Assembly: GCF_006345805.1 (NCBI RefSeq)
Contig: NC_042997.1
Span: 64,232,001 to 64,296,000, forward strand
Length of the DNA: 64,000 bases
From: Octopus sinensis
Lineage: Eukaryota
Reading direction: 5' to 3'
In this document: piece by piece, positions 23,854 to 39,300 of the stretch
Layout: every line of letters starts with the position of its first letter
Position numbering within the stretch: the stretch's first letter is position 1
The notes under the pieces: generated by a model
Told to the model about the DNA's origin: nothing
Databases searched by the model: none
The model's input: only the letters and a program-made list of their open reading frames with translations
Translations under genes and position numbers: made by a program

Positions 23854-24266
23854 AGAGCAGTTGTATACTGGCAACTTAATGTGACAGTCCCATAAAGGGA
23901 ATCACACCATCGCTATTTAGCCCTAGGAAGCATCAATGCTTCCTGTCGGCCTTAACACATTTCTTGTGTCCTTATGTTTACAAAGGAGAGACAAGCACCC
24001 CCATCCAGCTAAGCCTGCACCCAGAGACATGTTTCTGAGTCTTTGCCCGTCATCAGTCTGGAGTAGCATGGCCTACTAGACTCAGAAACATGTCTCTGGA
24101 TGCAGGCTTAGCTGGATGGGGGTACTTGTCTCCTCTTTGTAAACATAAAGACACAAGAAATGTGTCAAGTCCGACAAGAAGTATTGATGCTTTCTAGGGC
24201 TAAATAGCGGTGGCGTGATTCCCTTTATGCGACTTTCACGTTAAGTTGACAGTATGCAACTGCTCT
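23854..24266. repeat. Long inverted repeat (189-bp arms 23854-24042 and 24078-24266, 35-nt loop); PLE-type 5'-inverted insertion
   Basis: Arms are clearly complementary over their full length with scattered mismatches; TA microsatellites nearby on both sides; hammerhead overlaps the loop. Confidence 0.92.
24021..24061 (-). ncRNA. Minimal type I hammerhead ribozyme with canonical CUGAUGA core
   Basis: Minus strand: ccaga-CTGATGA-cggg(caaaga)ctca-GAAA-C-AT-GT-C-tctgg; palindromic stem III ACATGT, GUC site; first stem II pair is C.A. Confidence 0.8.
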
Positions 24267-25685
24267 CTCTCTCTATATATATATATATATGACAATTTTT
24301 TTTTTACGTGTAAACCAAATAAAGCACAGAGAGACAAACTCAAAGAATAGAATATCAGAAGCGTATGATTCTATTTGTCATTATAAAAGAAAAGCCAAAT
24401 TTAATAGCCCTGTCTAATATTTTTAGCTCAGAAATGTGATAGGTTGATTTTCTTTTATGTTTATGACATCGATCAGATATTCGATTGCTTAAATCGTGAA
24501 ATAGTGTCAACATGAAAGTATATCATAGGCAAAAATATATGACAAAAATATATTTCAGATAATATTGCAGAGTTGTTTATATGCTTTGGGCTATTTTACT
24601 TAGAAAGAAGATATCATAACTTCCTGTGAAGTTATCATTCACAACAGAGACACATACGCGTACTTTGATACAAGTTTCAGCGAACTAAGATAGTGGTCGT
24701 AGAGAGACTAAACGTTAAATTGGAGGCATAAAAGAAAAATTTACAACCAGATATAACAACCATACTCCGAATTTTAGTCACCCTGATTTAACGATCAACT
24801 CGATTTAATCTGCAAATTTAAAGTCTAAGTGCCCAATTTCGAAATCAAATGTAAAATCATCTCCAAAAGTCGACCCTATATTAATGGGTACAAAAATATT
24901 CAGTGTGTTCTCTTTAAAAACTACATATCTTAAAGGACTTGGGAGCATCGAACGAATACATAAATTTCCAGAATGAATATTATGGTTAACATCATTCAAT
25001 AGTTGTCAACCTGGTCCTTGACAGTACGACTGAGCGCACGTTGTATTTGTCCGGAATAATGCTGCAAACGAGCCAACAATATTTCCAAATCTTTTTCAGA
25101 TCTCTGTTTTCCTTCCTTACTATCTGAAACTGGAAGCATTAGCACCAGTTATAGTGGCAAGAAATTTGGAGGCACCAAAATATGCAACAACAGACGGTTA
25201 GGGGAGAAATTATTTATAATCCATAAGCCTTATATGATTGATAACATCATTTTGAACAGTTGTGCCAAGGGACACATTTTAATTGAATGCTTTCTACTCG
25301 TCGCATCTGATATACAATTTCAGTTGAAGCGGAAGTGTTTATAGTGACACTTTCTTTTTCTATGACCACGAATATATCTCATATTTAAATTCAGAACTAA
25401 ATGTTTCTCTGATAATCGGCTGTATTGTGTATACTAATATAATAATATACAGAGGTAAGATTTCAAAAAATAATCATGATACAGAAAAAGCAATAATTCC
25501 AAACATATTAGTGAATAGAACTGGAATTTTCGTTTTATAATTTGCATAACAATTCAGTGTATATATATATATATATATATAGTTTACTATACTATTCCAT
25601 TCATATATACGTATGTGACTATGTATGTATGTATGCATGTATGCATGTATGTATGTATGATTGTATATATGTATATATATATGTA

Positions 25686-26280
25686 CGGGGTTCCAAAAAG
25701 TAACCAGAAACGTTCTCTGTTGGAAAGCCCGTTTTAGATCAGGCCTTCCCCCTCTAGAAATCACCTGACGCGACGTTCATGCATCAGTATACCTACCGGT
25801 GTCTGCGCCTGCTGTATTACTGCCTAGTGATGTGAGAATGTTATCCAGTGTCTCTGCCCTATTCATCGATTTTGTGAATGCTGAAACGAATAAACAGCGT
25901 GCATCCATGAAATTTTGTTTTCTGTTGGGGAAAATGGCCGTCGAAAAAGTTGTCATGCTTCCGATAACTTACAAGGACTCCGCCTTGATCAAAATACAAG
26001 TTTACGTGTAGTTTTCACGCTTCAGGAATCGTCTCTTTTCGCTTAAAAACCAGCCTCGTTGAGGACGACCGTCGACCTCCGGACCGAATGAAAACATAAT
26101 TTATTAACTCACCTTGGAGGACCGTTACCGAACATCTGAGTTGTGTGTCCTGGAGCTCCTACGAGCGAATTTTAAATGAGGAATTGCGAACGAAAAGGGC
26201 TGTATCAAAATTTGTGTCGCGCTTGTTCACGGGATGATCAAAAGCGGTCACGATTGAATGTGTGTTGTAACGGAAAGACT
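25686..26280 (+). mobile_element. Decayed mariner 5' fragment
   Basis: TA+cggggttccaaaaagt start; QRASMKFCFLLGK..YKDSALIKIQVY.*FSRF..PR*GRPST HTH region. Confidence 0.8.
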
Positions 26281-27120
26281 GGTTTTACATTACTTACATA
26301 TGGTCGTGTATACGGCTATATGATAACGCTTGCACATGCACACATACATACTGTCACTTAATACAATGCTTGCCTAAGATCTTTAATTGATTGCAAATAG
26401 GAAATTAGGTTTTAATATAATCCTTCATTTTTATGGGAATGAGATACATACTTTCAACATACACATCTTATAATCATGGTTCAATTATACGGATTTCAAT
26501 TTGAAAAAGTATGCAGTAATCGAAGTAAGAAGAAGTTTCGTTTTCCATGTATATATCTTATATATTTTAGTTTCTTACATCTGTAAAAACTGACTTATTG
26601 ATGAGCACTATTGTTTATATACACCCTGATAAGATTGATGCACTTTTCCACATTATTCTTCCTCTCGCATTTATTTTAATGCATCTATCTATATATATGT
26701 CGGTGATATGGTGATATAAAGAATTTAAATAACGTCTTGAATTTTTCCCCCATTTTCCAATAAATCTTTATATATATAAATGCATAATGAATAAAAAGAA
26801 GGCGGACGATAAAGTCAACAATGCGAGGAAGTTTTTCATGCAAATTATTAATAAAACACTTAGGGAAGGCAAGAAATTGTGTTTTACGTTTCGAGCGTGC
26901 AAATATCTTCCTCAGAAACAAGAGTCAGAGGAAATTCCAAAGAAAAGGAAGACGGAGGGAAAAAATCGCCAGCAATCGGCATGTACTTAAATTGTGGAAT
27001 ATATATATATATTGTACTTACTGTACATATATACATATATGCATACACACATACAGAAATTGAGATGAATCTCATTGTTCTCACTCTTTCTCAGTCACTC
27101 TATCTTTGTACACACAGGCA

Positions 27121-27187
<67 letters not shown>

Positions 27188-30100
27188 CTATACACACACG
27201 CACACACACACACACATATCTATCTATATATATATATATATAAAGTGACTGAGGTTGGTGGAGAGATATGTATCTATAGGGAGATTGTACAATGGATAAT
27301 GTGCGAAGTGTTTGTTTATAGTTACTTAAAATTGGTGACTCATATTAGTTATATCATTCACTTATATTGATATCTTTGCAGAAGACTTACCTTAATTTCT
27401 CGAACCGCTTTGTTGCATCGCTGTATCGTTGATTTATTTACCCGATCTTCTAGCCGCATATGATCTTTCATTATCTGCAAGACAAAATTGAACCATTTAG
27501 TTTCCATTAAGTTAAAAGTGTTCAAGCTTTCGCTTATTTACTTTACTAGATATGGTCGCTGTTTATTTGACTATACTTATAAATATAATCTTTCCATCTA
27601 GTACCTTATTTATACTGTAATATTAGACACAATTTATTACATTTATATTTATAAGATTATATTTATAAGTATAGTCAAATAAACAGCAACTATATCTAGT
27701 AAAGTAAATAGTTATTATTTGTCATGTCGTACACTTTCATCTGATGGCGAGATTGAAATAAGGCAGAGACAGAGAATGAGAAAAGAGAGAGAAAGATGAA
27801 GAAGAGAAAGAAGGGTGAGAGAGGGGGAAAGGGAGAGAGAGATGGAGAGAAAATAGGGGAGAGAGGGGAGAAAGAAAGGAAAGTGAGAGTAGGGTGAGAG
27901 AGTGTGGAAGAGAGATGATGGTGGTACTCGTGGTGGTGGTGGCGGCGGTGATTGGATAGTGAAAAGTGTACTTTTTTAATTCAACTAAGTTCTTTTTCAT
28001 ACCACATATCACTTAATGTATGGGCATAAGTGTAATTCCGTGACGTGGCAGATATATGCAATTTCAAATTTCACTCAAGGTTGTATTATATGTACAGGAT
28101 ATCTTTTGTTTATTGGAATAATGGAAAAATGAGTGAATATATATTTTATGAGTGCTGAGTATTAAGTCTATGAAATTGTGCATAAGGGATTATGAGTCTA
28201 TATATAAAGTGCATTAAGTAATCATCGTGTTCAAATTTCTTTCACTTTTGAATGAGTAGCAGATGAGCAACGATCTTTCCAAACAAACTCAATAGAATCT
28301 ACACTTCTAGGGATTTGGGATAAAGTTTTCAGAAATAACCCAATAGGTGTACCATTAATTATGTATTATATTCACGGGTCCCGCTTGTAATAATGATAAT
28401 AGTTTGTTTTCTTATTCAAAACTGAAACCATGGCTAACAAATCTGACCCATTTGCAGGTACGTAATGCTGATGTTTGTCATAAAAAAATCAATACCTAAC
28501 TACGATGAAGCTATGAAAATAAACTAACGACAACGGTGGTTAATATCAATTGCAAAAAACAATTCACTATAAATTATACTTCCGACCACCTTTTATTAGT
28601 ATAGAGATATTTTTTTCAATATAAAGGGAAAGGCAGTTTTGTCATTTTGACGACTTTATTATACTTCAAAATTGGAGTAAAATGGTTCAAGCAAACATCG
28701 GAATTCATTGCGATAATCTGGTGCGCACTTTTGCAAAGTGACAAAAACAAAATAACTAATCCAGAACGAATGCATCCCGGATTTAGATGTAACTTTATGG
28801 CACAACAGATTATTTAATTTAATAATATAAATTATCTAATAAAAAATTCAGCAACTGAGATAAGGCACTTAACAGAATTATATACACGTCACAAAAACGC
28901 AGTTGTAAGAATCAAAACTACAAACAAATATAGAAAAAAAATGAGAAGAATAGCTACGAAGTCCAAAATGTAGGTTGCAAAACAAATACTATATTTATAA
29001 CAAAACCACCTGTAGAATATGATACCAAAATGCGATTTTGAAGAGCATAAACGAAAAGAAAATAACAAAAAATGTCACAAACATTGAAGAAATTCTGCAG
29101 GTCACATTCATGTCGACGAGAAAATAATGGAGAAATCAATGCAAAAAAATTTAAACAATATTAATATTTCGTGTGTAGGAGGAAAATATTGGCCAATATA
29201 GTTGCGGCGAAAATAAAAGCGTACCCCGCCAATCCTTGAGATTAAAATAGAAAACCACATCGATATCTCTTTGCTAAATTAAATAACATATGCAGTAGCC
29301 ATTGTTATTAGAAGGTGATTTGGGTAATTTCCCAAATTTATTAGGAAGAAGATGGAAACCCAAGTGAACAATAACAAAAATGAATATGCAGATATGAAAA
29401 TAAGGGAAGAGATACTCTGATTTCTATTGAGAAATTTACGAAAATTAACGACAAAAGTGAAGGACGGGGGCAGAGACAAATACTACAGAAATATAATGGG
29501 ATAATGAAATTGCGCTTGAAACAGATGCTCTTCGTTATATAACAAAGAATTCCTCGATATTGCAAACGAGGAGATACTTGAAAACAAACAGTTTTCATCA
29601 CCTATCCAAAACCAATTAGTCAAGAATTTTGTAAAAGTTAAATAGAAATCGATGCAAAACCAACAGCAATTTAAAAAGCATTGTGTTAAGGAGAATTGAT
29701 AGGAAAATCCCTATGCTCGATGTTATTTAAACAACTTTTAAAGCACATGTACATTAGTTGGAAATCGCAACTTCTAACAGAAAATTTATCCTACTCAAGG
29801 GCAAAAAAAAAAAAGCATCAAGTGGACACTGAAATTATATACTTTTGTAAAATTATAGTTAAAATATTTCACAGGAACTTATAAACTATCACTGACGTTT
29901 TATGAAATATTGACTGGAGGAAAGAATTTTTTGTATCGAGAAAAGACAAACGCTAATATTACATGCTCATGACCTTCCTTCTTGCAACGAAATATTCTTA
30001 ACTGTAATGTTGTAGCAGAAAAGAAATAAATAGTCCCCTTAAATAAAACAAGCTGCTTCAAGAAGAGTATATTGGATGCTGCAAATGCTGTGAAAATAGG

Positions 30101-30994
30101 TGTAAAGTTGTGTATATTATTCACTGATCGATAAAAGACTAGCATAACCAATAGAAAGTTTGTGGTGCAAATATGCATTAGAAAAATATCAAAGAGAAAG
30201 ACAAAGTGACTACTCTCTCGGAAACTTGAATTCAATAAAGCTAATAAAATTGAATACTGACGTTGAACTCCACTAGGAAAGTCGTTTATAATCAATTTAT
30301 TAGTTTCAAGAGCTTGACGTTTGGCACTTCTCTGCCTTGAGGATACAATGACGTTCTACATGGTCCATCGCACGAGAAATATTCAGTTGATGGCCGTGGA
30401 AGCCCATTTACACTCCATCACTATTTCTCATGACTAAACCTTTAAGAATGCGAGGAAAGTGTTGTGTGTTAATTCCTATTGGGCTTTTTTCAACTGGCAG
30501 AAAGGTGCGAAAGCCTTATAGCGCTATAGATAACATGTAAATTTTTAGACTTCACAGAACACAGGGTTACACATTTGTCAGAGAGAAAACCTGCGACAAA
30601 ACGAGTATCACAAACGAGGACAATACTTTGCTGGCACTCCATATACGTCTATATATGGCGCATCTCACCGCATATTTTCCCTCTAAGTAGTTTTCGCAAC
30701 TGATCAATATTTTAGCCAATGATGCTGGCTTGGTCGACATTAACTTTCATTCTTTCCGGTTCGAAAGAAGTAATAGTGTTCACTTGGAGTCGATGTAATC
30801 GAGGTTCCCACCCCCAAAAATTTGTTGGCCTTGTGCCAACATTTGAAACCCCATATTTTAGCCAATGGAAAATGTCGTTTATTCAGGAAACGAAAGATAG
30901 GGAGCTCTTGGGTGGCCAGATGAAAAGTGATACAGTCATATCTTCCTCTTAGTCCGATTTTGCATGCAACTATCTCTCTCTCTCTATATATATA

Positions 30995-31039
<45 letters not shown>

Positions 31040-31479
31040 CTCCGTGTATCTATCTATCTCTCTCTCTCCCATCCGCACCCCGGTTAATAACTAGCCAGAT
31101 TTGGGACTCAAGTTCCTACTACAAATCTCTTTCAATTAGTACGTCTTTACTGCACTAGATTCTCACATAATCGTAAGAATAAAAAGCACATCGATATTAC
31201 TAACTGTAAACTGCTTATTTCTTGAATTTGATTATTTATATATAAGTCTACATATTTCGTTATTGAACAACCTGATTTCTTATGTTCTATGGTGTTGGTA
31301 TGCATGCAAGTGTTGGAGCAAATGAACACACGCACACACATACGCATACTTACATACGTATGGATATATACACACACAAACATGCACACACACACATATC
31401 AGGGAATCGAGTAATTTGGTAATACAGAGCAATATTTAGGCCATTTATGTATAGAACACAAAATAAAATGTTTTAATAA

Positions 31480-31685
31480 CCCTTTCTACAATACGCACGA
31501 GGCTTAAAATTTCGGTGAAAGGGAGTAGGCGATTTTAACGATCTCCAGTGTATAATTAGTACTTGTTTCAATGAGCCAGAAGAATGAAAGGTAAAATCAA
31601 CCACAGCAGAATTTGAAGTCGTAATGTAAAGACGAAGGAAATACTTATAAATATTTTGCCAGCCGTGATTGCGATTCTACCAACT
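31480..31685 (-). mobile_element. Old SINE copy (family of 32222)
   Basis: Reverse complement contains ttcaaattctgctgtggttgattttacctttcattcttct..gtacta. Confidence 0.6.
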
Positions 31686-32221
31686 CGTTATCATGAAATG
31701 CTTTAATAATGCTATAAAGTCTGAAATATTTATGAATTAATTAACTTGAATCTGACTCTGTTTGTGTAAAGAAGTAATAATAATTTATCTTTTTAGATGA
31801 AGTTGCTGAAACATTTGAAGATGCCATATATTTTCTAATTCATTTGTAATGCTGTAAAAGCATATGAAGCCTGTCATCTTCTAAGTAACGCATTCTCTTT
31901 GATATTATACGTCTTCACCTCCATTTTAATGCAATTATATAATCAGTTATTCTCTTGCATTTCGAAGCGAATGATCAATTATTTATAGCACGTATCCTAT
32001 CAATATATTTTGCTAAGGCTTTAAAACTTGCCCCCCGAGATTTTGCATTAGCTCAGTAAATTGTTTTGAAATACCAAATTGTCATATTAAATTTCGATTC
32101 ACGAATCAAAACCAACAGATCATCCTTGTTACACTTGTTACTTGGGCCATAACAAGTGCAACGATGTCAGTCAGAACGTTGCTCTAATAGTCATGACCAT
32201 CGTTAATATTTAGGGTGTGTA

Positions 32222-32408
32222 TAGCACGCCGGGCGAAATGCTTAGCGCTACTTTGTCTTTACGTTCTCAGTTCAAATTCCGCTGAGGTCGACTTTGCCTT
32301 TCATCCTTTCGGGGTCGATAAATTAAGTACCAGTTGCATACTGGGGACGATCTAATGGACTGGCCTCCTCTCCCAAAATTTCGGGTCTTGATCCTAGAGT
32401 AGAAAAGA
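32222..32408 (+). mobile_element. SINE with conserved central domain (gcctttcatcctttcggggtcgataaa)
   Basis: B-box-like gttcaaattcc then gaggtcgactttgcctttcatcctttcggggtcgataaattaagtacc; resembles conserved metazoan SINE core domains; further copy at ~53935-54140 (-) and fragments at ~30780, ~56640, ~58490, ~60245. Confidence 0.8.
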
Positions 32409-32659
32409 ATATATAAGGTGTGTAGTTTAAAATGTACAGGAATGTGTCTGTCAAGAAGTGTTAGAGGAAGCTATGACTATAACCGATAATTCCTCTCCCA
32501 ATTACTTTTCACATTCTTTATAATAAATATGATTTTAAGTATCTTGATATAATCATCTAATACATTTATTTCGCTTTAAATAGCATACACACACACATAT
32601 ATATATATATTTATATGTGTATAAATATAAATACATATATATATACATATATATGTATG

Positions 32660-32951
32660 TGATCACGTGATCACGTGACCGACCAGACCATCAGATGTTG
32701 CTACACATCGCTGGTAACAATGCATTCACATTGTTTTAGCCTTCGAATGACGCCACCCCGCTGGCTAAGCGAGCAGGCCAACAGATGAGTGAGAGAAAGA
32801 GTGGTGAAAGAGTACAGCAGGGATCACCACCCCCTGCCGGAGCCACTTGGAGCTTTTAAGTGTTTTCGCTCAATAAACACACACAACGCCTGGTCTGGGA
32901 ATCGAAACCGCGATCCTACGATTGCGAGTCCTCTGCCCTAATCACTGGACC
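32660..32951 (-). mobile_element. tRNA-derived SINE (third family)
   Basis: Reverse complement: ggtccagtgattagggc (A box) .. ggtttcgattccc (B box) .. tail ggtcacgtgatcacgtgatc. Confidence 0.85.
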
Positions 32952-33421
32952 ATTAATATACATACATACATATATATGAAACAATTGTCGGATTTGTGTG
33001 GTGAATTCTACAATTTACATCCTAAATACATATATATATATATATATATATATGAATGTGTGAATTCACATATGTATGTGTAATGTTATTCATATGCTAT
33101 TCGGATATTTGGGACGTAAGTGAATATTATTACCGCCAACTGAAATTTCATTAATTATTGGAGTCTATGCAAAATATTATAGCAAAACGAACCAAATATC
33201 CACTTTACTGTTTCACCAATGAATGCTCATCCTGAAACTGTAATATTCCATTCTGGAAAATCTAGGGAGACTAATATAAGTTGCATCTGAAGTAAAATAT
33301 GAATGAAATATTAGTCTTTCTTGTTTTCAGATTCGATAAAATATATTAAAGGCAAATCAGGAAAAAAAAAAAAAAAATTAATTCAAATGACAAACACCAA
33401 AAATGTGTTCGTTAGTTCATT

Positions 33422-33461
<40 letters not shown>

Positions 33462-33462
33462 T

Positions 33463-33900
33463 ATGTTTGACCTTTGCTTTGTATTTGTAGAAGTTGGATC
33501 CAAGTCTCACCCAGAGACCTCAAGAGACAAGTTACAAGTTCATTTTGGTGTTAAGCCTAAGGTGTCATATCTTTGGTTTTGCACATTGTATTGTTGAGAG
33601 AATGTTTGAGAAAACATAATGAAAGTATGAGTTTGCTTTAAAATTTGAGATTACATATGCAGTATACTACGTAGGATATGAGCAATTCCCATGAGCACTA
33701 ACTTTTGAATTTCTGCCATTTTGGTGTTTCCTGGCATCTGAGCTAGGTAGCAATCAGCCCTTTTTGCTATCTTTCCTAAGCCACCTATGATGACAGGTGT
33801 TGTTTTAATCTTGAGGTTCCACATTTTGCTTCTTCTCCATCTCCACATATTCAATTACTCGTTCTTTTCATTACATGTTTTTGTTAATTTCTGCTGGGAA
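33463..33900 (-). mobile_element. Short Dong insertion: family-A CCHC fragment fused to the family-B RLE end and 3'UTR, between TAA tracts
   Basis: Reverse complement cagagccttcccagcagaaattaacaaaaacatgtaatgaaaaga..aatatgtggagatgga matches 9585-9665; then agcaaaatgtggaacctcaag matches 16014-16035. Confidence 0.8.
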
Positions 33901-33969
33901 GGCTCTGTATTTTTATTATTATTATTATTATATTATTATTATATTATTATTATTATTATTATTATTATT

Positions 33970-35788
<1,819 letters not shown>

Positions 35789-35815
35789 ATTATTATCATC
35801 ATCATCATCATCAGC

Positions 35816-35862
<47 letters not shown>

Positions 35863-35990
35863 TATTATTATTATTATTGTTATTATTGTTATTATTGTTA
35901 TTGTTATTGTTATTATTGTTGTTATTGTTGTTGTTGTTGTTGTTGTTCTTCTTCTTATTCTTATTCTTCTTCTTCTTCTTCTTCTTCTTC

Positions 35991-36045
<55 letters not shown>
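35789..36045. repeat. Compound trinucleotide microsatellite (TCA/TTA/TTG/TTC)
   Basis: Direct reading. Confidence 0.97.
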
Positions 36046-36391
36046 CACGCAACAGATTAGACTGTTGGAAGAGAAATATTCCTAACAACGGGTTACAATA
36101 AGCAACCTTAGACGCAAATAACTTTCCTAGCTCTCCTAGCTGTCCGTAACAATACTATTTTCTGGACCTGTAGTAAACTCGGCTTTATACCAATTTCTTC
36201 TATCCATCTGTACAGATCTTTAGGGATAGTTCCCAATACACTTGTAAATACTGTGATATATTTTACCGTATCTTCCTTGCATTCTATGGCTAGGTTCTGG
36301 AAATTTGCTCTTTTTTCTACACCTCTCAGATTGATTTATTCATCGTTTGTGATTGTAAATTCAATGATCTGGCACTTTCTATCCTCTTTAT

Positions 36392-36449
<58 letters not shown>

Positions 36450-37534
36450 AGGTTTGCAATTTTCGTAAAGAAATATTGCAGTGTTTACATTTTTAAACGC
36501 ATGTTGCTGATGCGGTACATCTGGTAGTTGCTATTTTTATATATACTCCATATAGGAAATTTCTTCTTCTTCTTCTTCTTCTTCTTCTTCTTCTTCTTCT
36601 TCTCTTCTTCTTCTTCTTCTTCTTCTTCTTCTTCTTTTGTGTTTGTATATGTGTGTGTAGATAACTAGATGGTTATAGACATCTATAAAGAAAATAATTT
36701 TAGTATAAATGATGTAAGGCATTAACGACTGAAATTATCCTTCAGATGATTATAGCAAGTGCAAAGATGGAGTGCGAAAGGTTCACAGCGTTTCATTTAT
36801 ATTATTAGCTAAAATTGCAGAAGTCCGTTTATCTGTTTCCTGTGTTACCTTTGCATCTCATATTATGACGATAAACTCACTACAAGGAATTCTAGAAATA
36901 ACCCAACAGAAATCTATCTCTAGATCAGATTCAGCAAAATTGGTATTGGAGGTGGATTACTGCTCCCTGGTTGACCGACGTCCGTTCCACAAGAAATAGG
37001 TTAATGTTAACGAAAGAATGCAGTTACATCATCGTAAAGCAACTGAAGTCGCAGAATCACGGTATCATTTTTAATGAATCGAGTACAATACCAGGATATT
37101 AATAGTCATAATGATGTCACATTAAAAAAAAAACTGTATCAAAATCTTATAAAATTCCTCCGCAAGTCACTACACCCTTCTTCTCACACTGCTTAGAATT
37201 TCAACAGTTATGGCCTCGCGAGCCATAACACAACATATATAGAAGGCTATCATAAGCGCATAAAAAGGAATAGAATATTGTTTGAATCTTGTTGGTTCTC
37301 TTATATAGATATGTCGTAAACTAAAACATGGACTCGTCTAAACAATAAAATATGTCAAATTCTGAAATCCACATGCTTTTAGTGCAGACACCTTTTCGCG
37401 TTCTTTATAAGCGAACATCTCTTTCATAATATTCGAACATCTCTTTCATAATATTCTAAATTAATGGAAAATGAACAATATCAAAAATTTTATCGTGAAA
37501 ATTCTCAAAAAATATATCACAAAGTTAGAACTAA

Positions 37535-38075
37535 AAGTGCTGGATGTCTTCATATAGACATCCGCCGCATCATGCTATTCCGTTCCCCTTTGAACAACAT
37601 GAGGCTGCAACATCAAATTTACTCATCCATCCATGCTTTCCCATTATTTATAGAATGTCTTGCTTCTCTTACACCAACACGTCTAACCCCCAAGGCTTTC
37701 CTCACTTCATCCAGCCACAGAAACCGTGGACTGCCTCTAGTTCTGCTGCCTACCACAACTGTCTTCATCAGTCTCCTTACCATACGCTCCTCATCCATCT
37801 TCTCTATGTGGCCAAACCGCTTGAACATTCCTCTATCGATTTTGTTTGTTAATTTTTTTCTCTCATTCTTGCTCGCTTTCATACCTGCTCATTCCTCATC
37901 CTCTGTATCCGTGTCCCACCAAACATAGCCCTCAAAAATCCCACCTCAAACACATCTAGTCGCCTCTTGTCCGCCTCTCTTAGCCCCACATCTCTGTAGC
38001 ATATAACATTGCCGGCACAATCATGCCCTTATACACATCGGTTTTCCCTTTCATACTCAGCCTTTTATCTCTCAA
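37535..38075 (-). mobile_element. RTE-clade LINE 3' fragment
   Basis: IVPAMLYATEMW; FGHIEKMDEERMVRR..GSRTRGSPRFLWLDEVRK. Confidence 0.85.
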
Positions 38076-38471
38076 CATACACTTTACAATCCATGATAGA
38101 ATTTACATACTTCATCCAGAAGTTATATTAGTAAACCTCAGTATATTCCGAACCACCTTATATATTCCTTCTTATTTTCCATATCACACCTTTTCCATAA
38201 ATCATGTAATTTCATGGCAACATACATACATGCATACGTATATATATCTACTCTATATATCTATATATCTACTCTCTTTGTAATGTTTGCAAATGAAATA
38301 AGTATAAGAATGTATATTGTCCGTTTAATTGAAAAATTCTAAATGTGGCTGAAGAATGCTCGACATTTTAAAACTGATGTAATACTTACAGTGTTTAATC
38401 AAATGAAGTAGCAAGGAAGCAATTGTACTACACTATCTTGGAAACCCCTGTTCCTTATTTTGAGTATATAT

Positions 38472-38506
<35 letters not shown>

Positions 38507-38853
38507 GCCCACTTAATCGGAGATGTTCTCTTCAAACAAATTATATTGCTGTAGTTACCATACGGGAAACTCTCATATTAGATTCCGGTACAAAATACAC
38601 TCTTGTTTATGTCGCCAGTGAGGAGATAAGTCCAGCAAGGAGATTAGCTGATCGCGTGATATCTACCTTCCTTGCTCTAGTTAATGATGGACACTCGACT
38701 GCTACAAATAGATCCGATTAATTTCCTTACTAGCGATATACTGAATACGAGTGCCGTAACAGGCGTCGCGATCAGACAATCACCTTGTTAAAATATATAA
38801 GTTTAGATATATATTTCTGTATGTGCGTAAGTGTATATTCATAACACATACAA

Positions 38854-38904
<51 letters not shown>

Positions 38905-38981
38905 TATATATATATGTGTGTGTATATATATATATAAATCCTTAAATCCTTAAAAATGTTTTAGCCCGAAGGCGGCGGCCA

Positions 38982-39024
<43 letters not shown>

Positions 39025-39027
<3 letters not shown>

Positions 39028-39267
39028 AAAATAGTAAAGTGTGAAAAAACGTCACAAGAAATTTGAAAAGCTACACGCGAAACCGGTAATTTCTTTAAAA
39101 ATTTTAAAATTATGTCATTTTAAGGAAAGGAAAAAATTTTTCCAATATTCTCCAGACATTTTGACACAAATATATATATTTTTTAACATTTAAGCCTTCT
39201 GTCGTTTTTCACACTTTACTATTTTCTTATATATTCACCCACGTGCTTTACCAAACAAACTTTCTTA

Positions 39268-39269
<2 letters not shown>
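39025..39269 (+). mobile_element. Penelope-like terminal (pLTR) fragment with a 27-bp 5' inversion, within (TA)n
   Basis: Reverse complement of 46434-46678, which is contiguous with a GIY-YIG C-terminus; aagaaaatagtaaagtgtgaaaaaacg is inverted relative to 39203-39228. Confidence 0.85.
39056..39095 (+). ncRNA. Minimal type I hammerhead ribozyme, U3-A8 covariant core
   Basis: aagaaat-TTGAAAA-GC(tacac)GC-GAAA-C-CG-GT-A-atttctt: perfect 7-bp stem I, palindromic stem III ACCGGT, GUA site. Confidence 0.8.

Positions 39270-39299
<30 letters not shown>

Positions 39300-39300
<1 letters not shown>

Noticed and set aside
29280-30460. A-rich stretch with coding-like fragments (e.g. YNKEFLDIANEEILENKQF)
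   Set aside because: Multiple stops and no recognisable motif; cannot be assigned to any element or gene.
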